Positions 62,366 through 64,000 of a stretch of 64,000 bases of DNA are shown here, piece after piece. A program made the position numbers and the translations under genes. Positions within the stretch are counted from its first letter, which is position 1; every line of letters begins with the position of its first letter. The notes beneath the pieces are model-generated. The model did not search any database and had not been told where the DNA came from. It worked only from the letters and a program-made list of their open reading frames with translations. The stretch comes from Takakia lepidozioides (lineage: Eukaryota; Plantae; Bryophyta). The stretch lies in assembly GCA_030704615.1 (NCBI GenBank), contig CM060732.1, forward strand, positions 10,354,001-10,418,000. Reading direction: 5' to 3'.

Positions 62366-64000
62366 GAGGTTAGCTATTTCATGAGCATGAGTGGCATGAG
62401 CGGCATGAGCGGAGTAGCAAGACAATCGGTTTTCATGAGCAGAAGTACAAATTTTCGAAAATAAAAAACATTATAAAACATTAATTTAATGCAATGTGTC
62501 AGAAAAAACAAATATATTATTCGGCACCTTGAAGGGAAAATTGTAGTTTTGAGAGTTGTGCTCATGATATTTCGTCTTCCGCTCATGCCAATTCTCAGCG
62601 ACATGTGCAAAAATGGCGCCGAATTTCGCGGTAATAGGTCTCTCTGGCGAAAAATGCCGAATTCCGCGGCTATAGGTCCCCTCATGACAGGTGTGTAAGC
62701 CCAAAATTTGGAAATGTGGCGCCAAATTTCGGTACATGGTGCCGGGGATTGCATAGATGTTGGGCAGTTCTGGGCCATGTAACTGGAAATTCGGCGCCAT
62801 TTTTCCAGACACAGGGGTACCAGTGCATGTTGGGACTTAGCCAGTTTTCGGCCCAAAATAGAGAAATTCGGCGCCATTTTTCCAGAAATGGCCCCACAAC
62901 TGCTTCTGTTGGATCTCAGTTTGAATGGAATATTGCCTCATTCCAGGAGTTTTGGGGTGCATTTCATTACACTGCAAAAAAAGGTCTGATGCATGAAAAT
63001 ACAATTGAAAATATCCATATGGAGGATTCCCTTTGCCCCATCAATGATTTCTGGAATCCCTAAGGAGGAGTTTGTGCAGCTCGTTCACGCTCAACGCCGG
63101 TGCATGAATAAAGTCATCAATAGTCACGTTCATCCTCAACCTCTTCAGGTAAATGTAATACAGATGCTTGCACGGATAATACTTTGAACCCTTCTTTGCT
63201 TCCATCAACGAGAAGTCCGTACAATTCCAAGTCGGCTCCACTCCAATCGTAATTGTGTATACATCGTCGCGTACAGCCGAACCGGCCGTTACCATCCGAT
63301 AAACACGCCCAAGGCCGGGTGGAGGTACGTCCACGGAGCTCTGAATAGTGCAAGCCATCCCAAGAGCATTGGCAATCTGAGTCTCATTCAACTTGTTGGG
63401 AGGGTGTCATCTCTTCACTCTTCCGAATCGCATTGTGGGATGTGCAGAATTGTCCAATCCGTCTCTACTGGACCGAGCAGTCTGCAATGGTTGGGTCTGA
63501 GGAACCGGAAATGCATGGGCCGGGACGTCTATGCGTTGCACCATTCGAAATCCTACTGCAGATAGAGCATCCGCCTCATTCTGAGAGAGACTGCAACCCG
63601 GTGCAACAGGCCAGACGCCCGGAGGCTCCGGCATTCCCTGAATCCCGTACTAGGGCTTGCCAAATACACAGGTGATTATGTCGTGCCTACAGAACCAAAA
63701 CGTCTGCGTTATGGCGTGAGCAAATGTGGGAGTCAAAAATTTGCCGCTGAAACAAGGTGCATGTACAGCACCGTGTGGGTTCCTCCGAATCATCTCACCA
63801 CAGCGTGCTCTCGTATCCACCCGGATGACGCAACACTTCCCTCGAAATGCCGGCAATGTCCTTGCAATTCTCCACTGTGACTCCGACACTCTTGTCTCCA
63901 CAATGGGAATGTTGTACTGCTTTACTACAGATGGCTCGTTATGTTGCCCGGGCACGTGCCCTGTGCTCAAAGGAGATGGCGATCTTGAACGTGCAGGACT
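62366..64000 (-). mobile_element. Third MULE-family element: TIR at 62366, subterminal GGCGCCGAA motifs, 3' end of transposase
   Basis: GAGGTTAGCTATTTCATGAGC nearly identical to the 44698 TIR; CATGAGC array. Confidence 0.88.
63041..64000 (-). pseudogene. MULE transposase C-terminus with SWIM finger (paralogue of ~16085-16950)
   Basis: FCRHDIITCVFGKP; WNCTDF...YYPCKHLYYIYLKR...FIHAPALSVNELHK. Confidence 0.88.

Overview
Eukaryotic, transposon-saturated plant DNA. Captured BELL-homeobox, IQD, PPR and FYRC exons and short GT-AG introns point to a land plant; the TE families suggest a non-seed lineage (inference). No intact host gene is present, and the window resolves into nested insertions. (1) Several Ty3/Gypsy LTR retrotransposons: element 1 (<1-7607, ORF with a second, degenerate RNase H copy, 2.15-kb LTR); three members of a tRNA-Arg-primed family with a large extra 3' ORF (2A 7608-13409, full-length 2B 20936-33988, 5' LTR of 2C 44721-45626); a full-length chromovirus (35867-42781); and a pol fragment (60151-62116). 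(2) A Mutator-like DNA transposon (14018-44698, 9-bp TSD GTTCCCCAG). It encodes a GCM-like/DDE/SWIM transposase and, head-to-head, a multi-exon ParB/Srx-like plus beta-class amino-methyltransferase-like gene, with a 16-24-bp palindrome scattered through its introns and subtermini. Two more ends of this family are present. (3) A ~14.5-kb segment (45627-60150) with a RAG1/Transib-like transposase pseudogene, a convergent BAH plus ubiquitin-like gene and many captured host exons. Items 2 and 3 are the best candidates for poorly described systems. All domain calls are by eye from motifs and no database search was run. Many frameshifts may be uncorrected long-read indels.
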